From Octopus sinensis (taxonomy: Eukaryota), in assembly GCF_006345805.1 (NCBI RefSeq), contig NC_043001.1, positions 93,062,001 to 93,126,000 on the forward strand: DNA of 64,000 nucleotides. The letters run 5' to 3'. Numbering within the stretch: position 1 is the first letter of the stretch; every line of letters starts with the position of its first letter. Positions 13,146-26,085 of this stretch are shown here, in pieces. The translations under genes were made by a program, and so were the position numbers. A model generated the notes under the pieces. The model was not told the DNA's origin, ran no database searches, and saw only the letters and a program-made list of their open reading frames with translations.

Positions 13146-14499
13146 ATTTTTATTTTATCTTTAGTATTATTATTGTAGTACAATTGTCAAGGCCTCGAAC
13201 AAAATTCCTTGTAGTAAGTTACGGCTCTATATTCTATGGTCAAACCCTGATGAGTTGAGTTTTTACTGTTCATTCTTCCAGGGTCAACAATTTGAAATAC
13301 TTGTCAAATACTAAGAGTGATTGAATTCATCGTTCTCTTCTGTCAAGCTTTAAAGTCTTATGTCTATGTCACAAATCACTTGAAGTGTTTCAGGATTTTT
13401 TTTATTACAGATGGTAGAGAGGTAAAAAGAAGTCTTTAAATTAAGAGAGTGACAGAATAAAGTAGAAGGAGGAGGAATGACTAAAAAATCGCTATGTGAA
13501 AGTAGATAAAAAAGGGAGGAAAAAGAAAGGGGTCTGAATCGAATCTTAATGGTAGTGTTTCATGATGGAAATGGTTAGAACAGACGTCGCAGGTAGAACG
13601 CTTTGCTTTAATTGCAATTTCGCATACATTCTGCAGGAAATCCGATGTGGCTCCCTCTGAGCATGATAAATTTTTTCACAATTTCCCTCTCCCCCAATTA
13701 AAACTAAAAACTCTATAAAGAGAAGAATGGGAAAAACTTGGTGATCGCAGGATGCCGCGATATGAACATCCAACACGCAATATCAGAGGCGATCTAGAAA
13801 TTTTATAGCAACCAACGCACACGTGAACTTAGTTACAAGTTAACTGAATACTTGCTGATTATAACTTTTCTTCTGCACTCTGTTGCTCTGGTTTGAACTT
13901 ATTCATGGAACTTATTTGTTAGACTTTAGTTTTGTTCTCCTTGTTGGACAATATTTTCATTCAACAGGCAGCAATTCTTGAATACAAATGTCTAGTTTTT
14001 CTCTCTCCCTATCTCGTTCATTCTGTTTGTATTTGTGCATGCATATGTGTGTGCATGTGTGATTTTAGTTACGTGCTAGATACGTGCTAGAGGGTGTACA
14101 TAGTTAATTTCAATGTCTTTATAAAATAATGTTGGTTTGTTGTAATTCATTCCTTGAAAAATATAGCGAAACGGTAATGTGACGTGATTTGGAAAGCAAT
14201 GAAGATGGAAGTGCTCCAGTTTTGTTAAGATACCACCTATTTGTAATATCAATTTGCATTACAAGTAGGTGAACTGAGCCATGGACACTACAAAGCGCTA
14301 GTGAAGAGATACGAAACATTTGCCTTTCGGCAAGTAATCCAAACACTCTCCGACTTAACCAGCCACGACGTTGAATGGAAGAATGATTAACAAATAAGAG
14401 ACAACTGAAGAGATCTAATGAAGGCAAATGAAGATATGTATGTGTGGAAAGGATTGGAACTGAGAAATGTATTGTGTGTAAGTAAGATGGAGAAAGAAT

Positions 14500-15020
14500 A
14501 TAAAAGAAAGCAGGGAGAAAGATAAACAGAGAAAGGAGAGAGGGAAAGAGATAGAAAGAGACAGATAGTGTGTGTGTGTGAGAGAGAGAGAGAAATGCAT
14601 GCTGGACAGAAAATGAGCAAGAGAGGAAAAGTGAGCGAGAGAGAGAGAGAGAGAGAGAGGGGGGGAAGAAATGAGAAAGTGTCAGAGAATGGGAGGGAAA
14701 GACAGAAACAAAGAGAAAATAATGAGAGATAAGAAGAGGGTAAGAATTATTGAGAGAACGAAATACAGAGAAACTGAGCGAAGAATGAGAGGTAAGAAAG
14801 AGATTGATAAATGGAAAGACAAAGAGAGAGAGAGAGAGCAGGAGAGTGAGAGAGATAGTGGAGAGAGAGTGGGAGAAAGTGAGAGAGGGAGAGGAAAAAG
14901 AGAGAAAATGAGTGGAAATGAGAAAGACTGAGGCAGAGACTAAGAATTATTGAGAGAATGAAAGACAGAGAAAATGAAAAATAAAAAGAAAAAAGAAGAG
15001 AGGTGAGAAAGAGAAAGTAA
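14500..15020. repeat. GA-rich polypurine low-complexity tract
   Basis: Direct reading. Confidence 0.9.
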
Positions 15021-15654
15021 CGGAGAGAAGGCGGCGATTTAACAATTCTATTGTTTGAGAAATATATTTTCCGCTAGAAGTGTTTCTGGAGGAGTGGAAG
15101 TGTTCATAAACAAAGCGAGTCTTACATGATATAACAGCCGCACATTCGTAGCCAGAATGGAGAGACGAAAGAAAACGAACAACAGACATGAAGTGAACAA
15201 TGCGAATACTGTTAGTTGCAACGACAACAAGGATGAAATGAAACAAATGCAGCAAAGAAATAAAGAAAAAAAAAACCCCACCTCCAATAACAATAGCAAC
15301 AACGCAACAATGAATATTGTGATAATGATATTCGAGTGGCGAAAAGGCATTTATTTATTATTTCAAATACAGCAAAGAAGAGGCAAAACAGTTTGCTCAC
15401 CCGCCATGTTACTTGTCTAATTGCTCTTGGCAATTCATTTAAGCTTCATCGAATTTTTCTCCTTCTATATACTGCTTACTTCTATGGTGTGAAAGAATAT
15501 ATGTTTTGATGTAGTGTTAATAGGTTGCTGCGTCTTTGTAAGTACATTAATGAACACCTCTGCAGTAGTTATGGAAATAACTGCAATTTCCCAAGTCAGC
15601 CATTACAAAAACCTGTTTGCACTCACTCTCTGTGTGTTGGTAAAACTTCTACAA

Positions 15655-15692
15655 CTACCGTCGTCGCCGCCGCCACCGCTACCACCACCACC

Positions 15693-15726
<34 letters not shown>

Positions 15727-16092
15727 TCATCTCTATTCTCATCTTTACTAGTACCAGCGCAGGCACCACCACCGTCACCACCACCACTACCACCACCAGC
15801 ACCACCAGTACCACCAGCACCACCAGCGCCGCCAGTGCCACTACTTCTACCACAACAAGAACTATCATCTTTCCGCCATGCCTCCAATTATAAAGTGTTG
15901 CAGAAGGAAGATAAGCACTAGTTGGTTCTACTTGCAATAATAACAATGATGATGATGATAATGATGATGATGATGATGATAATGATGATAATGATGATAA
16001 TGATGATGATAATGATGATAATGATCATGATGATGACGATGATGATAATGGTGTTGATGACAACACATCAACTGCAGCAGCAGCAGCAGCAG
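15655..16092. repeat. (CCA)/(CAT)/(GAT)/(CAG) trinucleotide mosaic
   Basis: Direct reading; source of the poly-P/T/G/V ORFs. Confidence 0.9.
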
Positions 16093-16564
16093 TGAATCAC
16101 AATAGAAAGAATTCGCTATCGAGGCAAATCGTGATGATGTTAGATTTGAAGTTATACCAGGGAGGAGGAGGAGAACGGAGGAGAAGGAGGAAAACGAGAA
16201 AGAGAACGAATAGCAAAGAGTAGAAAAAAAAAAGAAGTTGATGACAACGATGATGTTGATGACAACGATGATGTTGATGATGCGGAGGAGTAGGAGAAAG
16301 CAGTAGAGGTAGAAAAAAAAAAAGAAGTAGATTCAGAAGAAAAGGAAGAAAGAGAAATATATGAGGAAGAAAGATGCAGAAATGAGAAAGAATAAAACAT
16401 AAAGATAAAGAGTAGAAAAAGAGTTTCCAGGCCAAGAAAAGAAGAAAAGAAGAAAAAAGGGTAAGCGATGAAAGAAAGAACAGATGAAAAGAGATAACTG
16501 AAAAAAAAAAAAGAATAGAAAACAAATCAGAGAAGGATAAAAAGGGAAAAGAGCAAAAGAAGAA

Positions 16565-16727
16565 GTAGGAGTGGCTGTGTGGTAAGTAGCTTGCTTACAA
16601 ACCACATAGTTCCGGGTTCAGTCCCACTGCGTAGTACCTTGTGCAAGTGACTTCTGCTATAGCCTCGAGCCGACCAAAGCCTTGTGAGTGGATTTGGTAG
16701 ACGGAAACTGAAAGAAGCCCGTCGTAT

Positions 16728-16759
<32 letters not shown>

Positions 16760-16763
16760 GTGC

Positions 16764-16795
<32 letters not shown>

Positions 16796-16985
16796 GTTGT
16801 GTATCTGTGTTTGCCTCCCCAACATCGCTTGACAACCGATGCTGGTGTATTTAGGTCTCCGTAACTTAGTGGTTGAGCAAAAGAAACCGATAGAATAAGT
16901 CCTGGGGTCGATTTGCTTGACTAAAAAAAGGCTGTGCTCCAGCATGGCCACAGTCAAATGACTGAAACAAGTGAAAGAGTAAAGA
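16565..16985 (+). mobile_element. tRNA-derived SINE family B, full length with internal microsatellite
   Basis: A box TGGCTGTGTGG, B box GGTTCAGTCCC, internal (CA)/(TA)/(TG) tract, 3' GACTGAAACAAGTGAAAGAG. Confidence 0.9.
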
Positions 16986-17253
16986 AGGAAAGGAGACACA
17001 GGCCACATGACGAAAAAGGATAGGAAAAAAGATTTTCTTGTACATATAATTGCTGGTGTGGTAAGAATCTTTTCTACTCTAGGTACAAGGCCCGAAATTT
17101 GAACTCAGAACATAAAGACAGACGAAATAACGCCAAGCATTTCGCCCGGCGTGCTAAGCTGGTGTAGTAAGAATAGTAAGATTATAAATACTAGTGAGAG
17201 CATCAGAGTGAAGAATCAGAAGGGGAAAGAGAAAGAGAGAGGTAGAGAGAGGT

Positions 17254-17309
<56 letters not shown>

Positions 17310-17780
17310 TGGGAAGAATAGTAATTAAGGGATGGTTGCACCCCTTCATAACGCTGGAACCCCCTTACCAGGGCTCCAATATCGGATGTATACATATGTA
17401 TGTACACATGCATATATGTATGTATATGTGTATGTATGTATGCAGGTACGTATGGATGTATGTATGTGCGTATTTTTGTATGCAGGTAAGTATGTATGTA
17501 TGTATGTATGTGTGTATGTATGTAACAAATTCATTCTAGGCATATAGCTTTAGAAAACGTCAATGTCAAGGTTCGAAAAGGCTGAAATGTGTCTGGCGTT
17601 CTCGCTTGCCTCTGCCGGGGTGAATATTCGTTTTTAACTCTGCACGTTTGTAAGACATTTAATCTTGGGCGAAAATGGCAGTATCTTACCTGTCATTAGG
17701 TCAGCCGCGTGTTTATATTCAGTATGATGCATAGATTTTCATAGATACACACACATATGTATACATACATACATAATGTG

Positions 17781-17830
<50 letters not shown>

Positions 17831-18113
17831 CATGCATATATATAGATATATACATACATACATACAGAAAACATACATACACACACACATATATGTATAT
17901 GGATATATGAAATTTACGAAATTAGTATCTTAATGCGGTTATCTTTCAAAATAGTTTTGTTTAACTTTAAAAGAATTTCGTGATGCGACTAACCTTTCTT
18001 CAGCGTATCATGTCATGTTTTCAATTGTTCTGGAATTACTAAAAGGAATTGACTGCATTATCTCTCACGTTAATGAGATCAGATATTATTATTATGGACA
18101 CTAAAAGCTGAAT

Positions 18114-18620
18114 GTACTTGCTTGTACTTGCGGTGGCATTCACCGAGGTGGATTGAACCGGTTTTGACCAACGAGTTTATTATATCCATCACGAATACTG
18201 TTCACATCTGACAAACGGTCAGCTGTAGTCGAGGCTGTTATGGACACCAACTCCCGGTTCTACTGCCGAAGACCATCGATGCGGTGGGTCCAATTGTGCT
18301 TCCACATCGGCCCGTACAGTCGTCAGCTACGCCTTCAGTTGTATTCCGGCACGTTTGCGCCGGCTGGGGAAAGGAGCCGGGTTGATTGCCCTGCGAATCA
18401 ATTCTCCTCTGAGGCAGACGGATAGTATGGCCAGGCCACCCTAAATATCTTGTGAGTAGAACTTGTTGCAGAGACCTGATGAAGCTGCATTGGCGTATTT
18501 CGGGTTTCGAAATGAAGTCCAATAGTCGAACTCACAGAATTCTATGAAAGCAGTAATGGCCGAAAACTGAAGTTTCGAAGTTTTCAGCTGTTACTGGTCA
18601 GGATTCGCACCCATAGGATG
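18114..18620 (-). mobile_element. RTE-clade LINE, 5'-truncated, degenerate 3' fragment
   Basis: Minus frames read YGCES*PVT...RIL*V...RYLGWPGHTIRLP and LIRRAINPAP...RKRAGIQLKA*LTTVRAD, matching RTE RT C-terminal motifs (YGCEsW, RLxWxGH). Ends in CAAGTACAAGCAAGTACA, a CAAGTA-type tail. Confidence 0.85.
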
Positions 18621-18936
18621 GTTCAGATTAGCATGTTTAGTTTAGCAATGAATTTACTTTTTTTGTCTAATGCAACCCTCTCCCACAAAACAAACATACA
18701 AAACTTACTGATTTTTGTAAAGGGAATCGTTTTGGTGTTGACTTTTGAAGACTTTCAAGAGGTACCTAAATCTTCACCCACCACCACTCATTTGCGTGGC
18801 TAGTTTCATACTTTTATTTGTAAGTGCAGAGATGTGTTCTCTGTATATGCATTGAGCCTTTTCTGTAAGTGTTCCGCCGAATATTTTTAACATATTTTGT
18901 TCAAGGATCAGTCAAAGTCCAGAGATAGATAGATAG

Positions 18937-18986
<50 letters not shown>

Positions 18987-19164
18987 GGGGGGAGGGAGTG
19001 AGAGAAAGAGAGAAACAAGCTAGACACAATTACAGCTCGTACATCGTCGACCGAATCTGAGAGGAGATAAAATGTCTAGTTATTTGGTAACCTTGAACAC
19101 GGGATGAAAAGGGCAGAAAATTGCCTAGGGGACAATTATCTTGTATTCCAAAGGAATATATATA

Positions 19165-19206
<42 letters not shown>

Positions 19207-19363
19207 GACTGAGGGCACAGAACACATTTATTGGGAGTTAGATGTATGGATCAAAACAGTTTGATTCAACTTCGTTGGTACACCGAGTTTCAAGCGTGAT
19301 GCTAATCTTCAGCCATTTTGAATTCAAATTCAAATTCAAAGCAGATTAGCGTCATGCTTGAAA

Positions 19364-19681
19364 GAGTCTTCTACTATAGCCTTGGGAAGACCAAAGACTT
19401 GTGAGTGGATTTGGGTGACGGAAACTGAAAGAAGCCCGTCGTATATATATATATATCTGTGTGTGTGTGTGTTTGTATGTGTGTGTGTATATGAGTGTCT
19501 GTGTTTGTCCACCCAACATCGCTTCACAAGGGATGCTGGTGTGTTTACGTCCCCGTAACTTAGCGGGTCGGGAAGGGACTGATAGAAAAAGTACTAGGCT
19601 TGCAAAGAATTAGTCCTGGGATCGATTTGCCCCACCATGGCTGCAGTCAGATGACTGTTACAAGTAAAAGAATAAAAGAAT
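19364..19681 (+). mobile_element. SINE family B, 5'-truncated
   Basis: CTTCTACTATAGCC...GAAACTGAAAGAAGCCCGTCG...CAAGTAAAAGAATAAAAG. Confidence 0.85.
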
Positions 19682-20077
19682 ATTTATTATATATGTATAT
19701 ATATACACACACACGCACACACACACACACACACACACGCACACACACACACACACATACATACAGACACACACACATAGACACACATATATATAAATAT
19801 ATATATTTCTGCCTCTGTGTGGATGTATGTACTTCTCAAATTATAGGAGCTTTTGCAATGATATATTGATGTATTGATATCTATTCTCGCTCCGTAAGTA
19901 ATAAATTAGCGTTTCTGAAGAATTGAATTGTCTCCCGAGTTTCTGACACAAAGTCCACTTCACTCCTAATACTACTCTTTCGTAGTAAGCCATATATATA
20001 TCGCCATGTTGAATCGCTAGCTTCTGCACGCATTTCTTTTCTCTCCTTGTTTCTCTCCGTGTTTTTTTTTCTGTGTA

Positions 20078-20115
20078 TCTTTCTGTTGAAGAGCGTAGGC
20101 TCGAAACGTAAAAGA
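20078..20115 (+). ncRNA. Minimal type I hammerhead motif in a Penelope-like remnant (about 20030-20205)
   Basis: TCTTT-CTGTTGA-A-GAGC-GTAG-GCTC-GAA-ACGT-A-AAAGA; the core has an A6U variant. Confidence 0.6.
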
Positions 20116-20871
20116 CTTGTTTTATTTATATTCCTGAGCGCCATACTAATACAATTGTTTGTTTGTACTCCACCTGCCTTCGTCTTTATTTTCATAAAGC
20201 TTCCCGTTATATATATATATATACATGCGCACAATCACATATGTATATGTATGCCTATACATACAATACATATGTGAGTACATACATGCATGCAAACATA
20301 CATAATAAAATATGTAAATTCTATATTGATTATGTACTCGTTCAGATAAATGAACTCTCAACTCAATGTAGAAATTTTTAAGTGCCTGAGTATTTCGGTT
20401 ACTAGTGCCTTATTAAATAAGTTCGCTAAAAGAATTGAAGCGTTAACTGTGACAAGGTTGGCCTTTTGAATTTCATGTACAAAGCGTACGAAAGGATTCC
20501 ACACAGTTGCCATTAAACCAATTTTAGTCCTAGGAAGCATTTTTGGTGGGGCAAAGGACATTCGATTGAAGATGCTATGCAGAAGACTCAAAACAGAGAC
20601 CACACGATCACTGCTTCTTTTAATACGTCTCAAGATCCCTCCATCACACACGCACACACACACACACATACACATACATACACTCACATACAAACACACA
20701 TATATACACACACATGCACACACACACACACTCACATACTCAAAAGCGTACACTCACGCACACACACATACATGCATACAGACATACTCATGTGTATGCA
20801 TGTATATATGTATGTAGGTATGCATATGTATGTCTGTGTATACAACCATACATACAACACACACACACACA

Positions 20872-20900
20872 CTAGCAATACATCCCGGCGTTGCCCGGGT
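20872..20900 (-). mobile_element. Helitron 3' terminus
   Basis: Minus strand CCCGG-GCAACG-CCGGG hairpin, 8 nt spacer, CTAG, then a target T: the canonical Helitron 3' end. The 5' end was not located. Confidence 0.7.
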
Positions 20901-21525
20901 TTTATGACCTACAGCGACCTTGTAGTGATCTCACCAGGGAGTGGTGTTGGTTGAGTAGTAAAGGTCACAAAAAATGCTCTTACTAATGAGAATTGACTCA
21001 AATTTACCATGTGTTTCGTTGCGTTTGTAAGCAAGACTGTTAATTGTAAATGGTCTTTGTCTGCAATAATTACCAGATATTTCTGGGAAAAATCATACTG
21101 TATTTGAGCTCTAGCAATAGAGATCTTGATATTTCATACGATAATTTATCATAATTTAACATATTATTGATTCAGAAAAGAAAATCAATGAAATTAGATG
21201 CTATAAGATATTCAACGACAGAACTAATCGTATCAGTAACCGAAACTCATTTGAATGAATCCGCCTTCCTAAATATCAATATTAAGTTGCAAAAGTAGAC
21301 ACACTATTGGGTACTTACTTCACAATTTAATCCTAAATCGAGTGAAATAAATTAGCATGAACCGGATAAATTCTAAGACAGTATTAGAAATTATCTCACA
21401 TCTAAATGAAAAATTCTATTTAAAAAAAAATAACGTTTGATGCACTCACTCACAAGGAAGGACACATTGCATGATTTAGCTCTAAATATGTAATGTTCAA
21501 GAGGTTGATGTTGTAGTCATGGTTG

Positions 21526-22230
21526 GAATCTGTTTCAAGAAAGAGAGTTTTTCTCCTTCCTTCTCGTATATTTTTGCACTTACAAAATGGCGTGCATATG
21601 CATTGCTGAATGTGAAAATATCCAATTGTCTAATTGTGATTTTCCATTAACATATCACACGATTGCTAAAAGTGCATGTTTTTATTGCAATCAAGAACAC
21701 AATGAATAAAGGTAGTTCCAAAAACACTTGATACTGGATGAACTTAGGTTAATCAAGATTCTATGTAAAAGAACGATAATTCGATAAGTTACAGAATAAC
21801 GCCTTTTCAAATTAGGAAGGACAAAGTTATTAGCATTTTACTGGACACTGTAATTGAAGACGAAAAACACAAAAAGAACGGGAGCATATAAATAATGGGT
21901 GTACTAAATTGTTGGTGAAGTGTACCATTTAACAATTGGAAACGGAATCCCAAGAATCTATAGTCATATAACTATCATTAGTTGTTTTTGCTTGAATCAT
22001 GGTCGTTGTTTGCTGTTATTGACGTTATTGGTGTGAATTTCTTGAGATGAAATTTTGTTGCATTATATGTTGGTTATTGACTCAAGACCGGCGTGTAAAC
22101 ACTGACTGTTTATCCATTATTTATGTATTTATTTCACTACCACACTTGATAGTAAAATATACATGTTGTCAAGCAACAAAGGAGAATCTACATTTTAAAT
22201 AAACCAAGAACTAAAAACATAATATAGGCT
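21526..22230 (-). pseudogene. Degenerate repeat unit A, copy 1 (coding-like relic, unidentified)
   Basis: Aligns to 23500-24270 and 26597-27318; contains frameshifts and stops. Confidence 0.45.
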
Positions 22231-22244
22231 AGTAACCATAAAAT

Positions 22245-22375
22245 CAGAAAACCTTATAAATAATGAACACACCAAATCATTAGTAAATCGTACTGTCTAA
22301 CCACTGGAAACCGAATCCCACCAGCTCATTATGAATTAAATCATTTAACTTTCACAATATTGTCCAACATAACAA
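22245..22375 (-). repeat. Partial fourth copy of unit A
   Basis: AAATAATGAACACACCAAATCATTAGTAAATCGTA...GGAAACCGAATCCCAC matches the segment at about 27029-27120. Confidence 0.7.
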
Positions 22376-22564
22376 TTATGGCAGTGAACTGGCGTCAGAT
22401 AAAATGCTATGGAATATATGCTCCGATACTTAGCGCTCTGAGTTCAAGTGTCGCCGTGGTTAGCTTTACCTTTCATATTTCTGAGTCAATAAAAATATCG
22501 TAGCAATTCTGTGTAGCAGGTCGGCACATATGCCTTCAGCTCTTTGCCATAAGTGAAATGAAGT

Positions 22565-22935
22565 AGAAACAATGCAGATTAGAGTTCGATTCATAAACGG
22601 TAACGAAATACGAATATGACCCATGAGTATGGGCTCCCATACGTTATTCACTTAGCTATTCCATATCTACTGATATCTTCACCGAATGAAGATTCTAAAC
22701 ACTGTTGGTATTATTGAAACTGATTGGTTTACCGTAATCTATCTGAACTTTTACACATTTATTACAGACCATAGAAAAATATGACTCTATGTGTTAGTGA
22801 GAAATATGTTTATGATGATATAGCCCAATTATTCATTATTTATTGAAATATTATTATTTTGTCACACAATCTATTTACTGGAATTTATTGATAAGCTTTC
22901 TTATACAAATAGATTGAATTATGATGGCTGCTCAA
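22565..22935. repeat. Duplicated segment B, copy 1
   Basis: ATACGAATATGACCCATGA...GCTATTCCATATCTACTGATATC...GTCACACAATCTATTTACTGGAATTTATTG is shared with 25721-26085. Confidence 0.9.
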
Positions 22936-23499
22936 TTTTCTTTTCCTTTGTAATGTTTCTATTGCTTGTGCTGTAATACCTTCCTAATCATAACAGCAAT
23001 ATCTATGATATCTATAAGAAACACAAAGCTACACATTATTTGATGCAAGGTTGTCATTAATTTAATTGGTCTCAGTATATGACCGGTACTTATTTTACTG
23101 ATTCCATATGTTTTGCTGTGTTTTATTGTCCCACCCATATCAGTTTTCATCGAGAAAATCTGTGAGTAGAATACCCCTACGGTGTGATTTGAGGCAGATA
23201 TATCTTGTGCAACGATTGATGGAAATATTCCTTTTTGTTCATTAGTTATTAGTTTAATATGATTTTCTAAATGGAAAGCACAATTAGTCCCTGTCAGATG
23301 ACAAAGCAAACCAAAAACTACTTATTCGCTTAAGCTGCTAATAATAGCAACGAAACCCCAATGAAGTTCACCGTACCGTTGTAAAAATTGGGACACATCG
23401 ATTAATATAGTTTCAGAAACGCAATATGCAGGAGAAGAACGTTGTGGTCAGTTTTTCTTTTAATCTTAGTCGTATTTAGTTAGGGTAGACTTGGGGGTA

Positions 23500-24270
23500 A
23501 AATAAGAAACAAAATCAAATGACGGATATGGCACAATTTTAGTTAGTCGCTGAGAAATCTCAGTCCATACAGAAAGTATTTTCAGAGTCTGTTATAAAAA
23601 CAATGTTTTATTTTTAATGTTCCTTTTCACATATTTTGCATCTACAAAATTGCCTGTATGTACATTGCTGCATCTGAAGACGTCCAGCTGTGCAATTGTT
23701 GCGATTTCCCATTATCCATCATACCAATGCTAAAAGTACATATTCCTATTGCGATCAAAACAACAATAAATAACTGTAGTTCAAGCAATACTTGACTCTC
23801 AACCAATTATGTTTACTCGAATTTTATGGAAAGAATGATAATTCGATTAGTAACAAAATGACGCCATTTTAAATAAGGAAGAGCAAACTTAACAGCCTTT
23901 AACTACAGTCCTTAATTGAATACAAAGAATACAAAAATCTTTGAAATAATAGACATATCAACTCATTGGGAAATCTAACAATTGGAGACTGATTCCTACG
24001 AGTTTATTGTCAACCAAAGCTTATAACTATCATTAGTAGGTTTTGTTTTGTTTTCATGATCAGCGTTGTTATTATTGCTGTTAATTTCGGTCATTTGTGG
24101 GTATATTTTGAGCTGCAATTTAGTTGGTTATCCACTCAAAACCAGTTTGCAAACACTCTTTAGTATTTAAATATTAATTTGACTGCCAACACTTACAAGT
24201 AAAATATACATATTATCAAGCCACGAAAGAGAATCCATATTCTAAATAAAGCAAGGACTCATGAGATAAT
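23500..24270 (-). pseudogene. Degenerate repeat unit A, copy 2
   Basis: Minus frame 23800-23642 reads ESQVLLELQLFIVVLIAIGICTFSIGMMDNGKSQQLHSWTSSDAAMYIQAIL*; differences from copy 3 are biased to the third codon position. Confidence 0.5.
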
Positions 24271-25044
24271 ATTATCTGATACACACTACGAAAATACAGG
24301 TGATCACAGCTTTAATATCTCGATCACAGATCCGCTTGATTATCGCTGATCTAGAGTTAAATATTAACTACTGTTTATATATTTTATAATTCGTTTCTGT
24401 TGTTGAGTGGTCCCATGTCAGCTTTGTTTGAAATGATTTGTCATAAAAACATACAAGCAGTGATCATCTTGTGTTTAATTCAGAAGCAGTGTATCTAGTG
24501 CTAAATGCTTTATTTTAATATCTAGTTGAAGGCTTCTAATCATATCATTGTGTGTCAATTTTCTGTTCTGAATGATAAAGAGATGAACAACATACAACTA
24601 GCTTAATCCATGTATAAATTTGTTTGGTAACTTATGTAAAAGATCTATATTTACCATATGTTTTTCTTTGCGATTTTATGCTCTACACAGATGAGTAAAT
24701 GATATTTCTATTATAAATTCAAATCACAATAACACTGATAAATAAATGTAAAATAATTCAGGATTGCTTTTGTTTGGAAAGAGACTTGAACTAAGATTAT
24801 ATGTTCAAACGGAAACAGTTACATCGTATGAAACACATGAAAGCCATTTAACACACATATATGCAGTAAAAATAAACATTGAGTCGACGTATCTGGTTTT
24901 AGATTAACTCTAAAGTTTGAAGTTTTTTCTCGTATAGAAATGTTTCTTTCCCACGAATACTTTAACGCCATCATCATCTTCTGACTGTACATATGGCCAA
25001 TTTAGCTACAACAATTCACTCTTTTTGTCACTCATTTATTTTTA

Positions 25045-25403
25045 TCCATTTATTTGTTTTGGTCATTTGACTGCAGCCATGCCGAAGCACAGCCTTTAGT
25101 CGAAGAAATCGACCCCGGGACTTATTCTTTGTAAGCCTAGTACTGGTCTCTTTTGCCGAACCGCTAATTTATGGGGAGTTAAACACACCAACATCAGTTG
25201 TCAAGCGGTGGTAGGGAGAGAAACACAGACAGACAGACACATATACACGACGAACTTCTTTCAGTTTCCGTCTACCAAATCCACTGACATGGTTTTGGTC
25301 GGCCCGAGGCTATAGTAAATGACATTTACCCACGATGCCACACAGTGGGATTGAACCCAGGACTACGTAAGTGGGAAGCAAGCTTGTTACAACGCAGCCA
25401 CGC
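25045..25403 (-). mobile_element. SINE family B
   Basis: Reverse complement of 16565-16985. Confidence 0.85.
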
Positions 25404-25720
25404 ATTTGTTGAAAATTATTAAGTATATTTTATGATTGCACAATACTGAACAGTCGATGCGGCCCTTTATTCTCAGAACTAAATTACTTTCTGCATTCTT
25501 CTCATTTCTGGCCAATCACTGAATCTATCATCACCGAACACAATCATGATTCACTTTTAGACTGTTTTATTCCAAGAAATAGTTCATCCGTACTCTTAAG
25601 TTCTATGATAATCCATTAGATTAAATGCACTGTACTGTATTTAATATGTCAGTTAGCTAGAGCTCTGTGGCATATATTCGCGGGTTGACTTAAGTAGCTA
25701 ATCTTGAAATAAAAATAAGC

Positions 25721-26085
25721 AGAAGCAATTTAGATTAAAGTGTTCGATTTAAAAACAATAACTAGATACGAATATGACCCATGAATCTGGAGCTCAACAC
25801 GTTATCCACTCAGCTATTCCATATCTACTGATATCGAAAGAAGATTCCAAACAGTGTCGGTAATATTGAAACTGATTGGTCGACCATAATCTATCTGAAC
25901 TTTTACACGTTTGTCACACATCATAGAAAAATACAAAATTATGTTCAAGTTAGAAAAATATTTATGATATAGTCCAATTATTCATTATTTATTGAAATAT
26001 CATTATTTTGTCACACAATCTATTTACTGGAATTTATTGGCAAGTTTTCTTATACAAATAGATTAAGTTATGACGGCTGCTCAAA
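25721..26085. repeat. Duplicated segment B, copy 2
   Basis: Direct repeat of 22565-22935. Confidence 0.9.

Noticed and set aside
13500-15460. Unique islands with TAAT/Fox-like words as possible conserved enhancers
   Set aside because: Such motifs are expected by chance in AT-rich DNA; conservation cannot be assessed from this sequence alone.
15514-15946. Proline/threonine/glycine-rich ORFs on both strands
   Set aside because: Open in several frames because of (CCA)/(CAT) repeats; no splice or homology support.
22959-23309. 116-aa minus ORF between segments B and A
   Set aside because: Not conserved in the duplicated unit (26090-26390 diverges), and no motif recognised.
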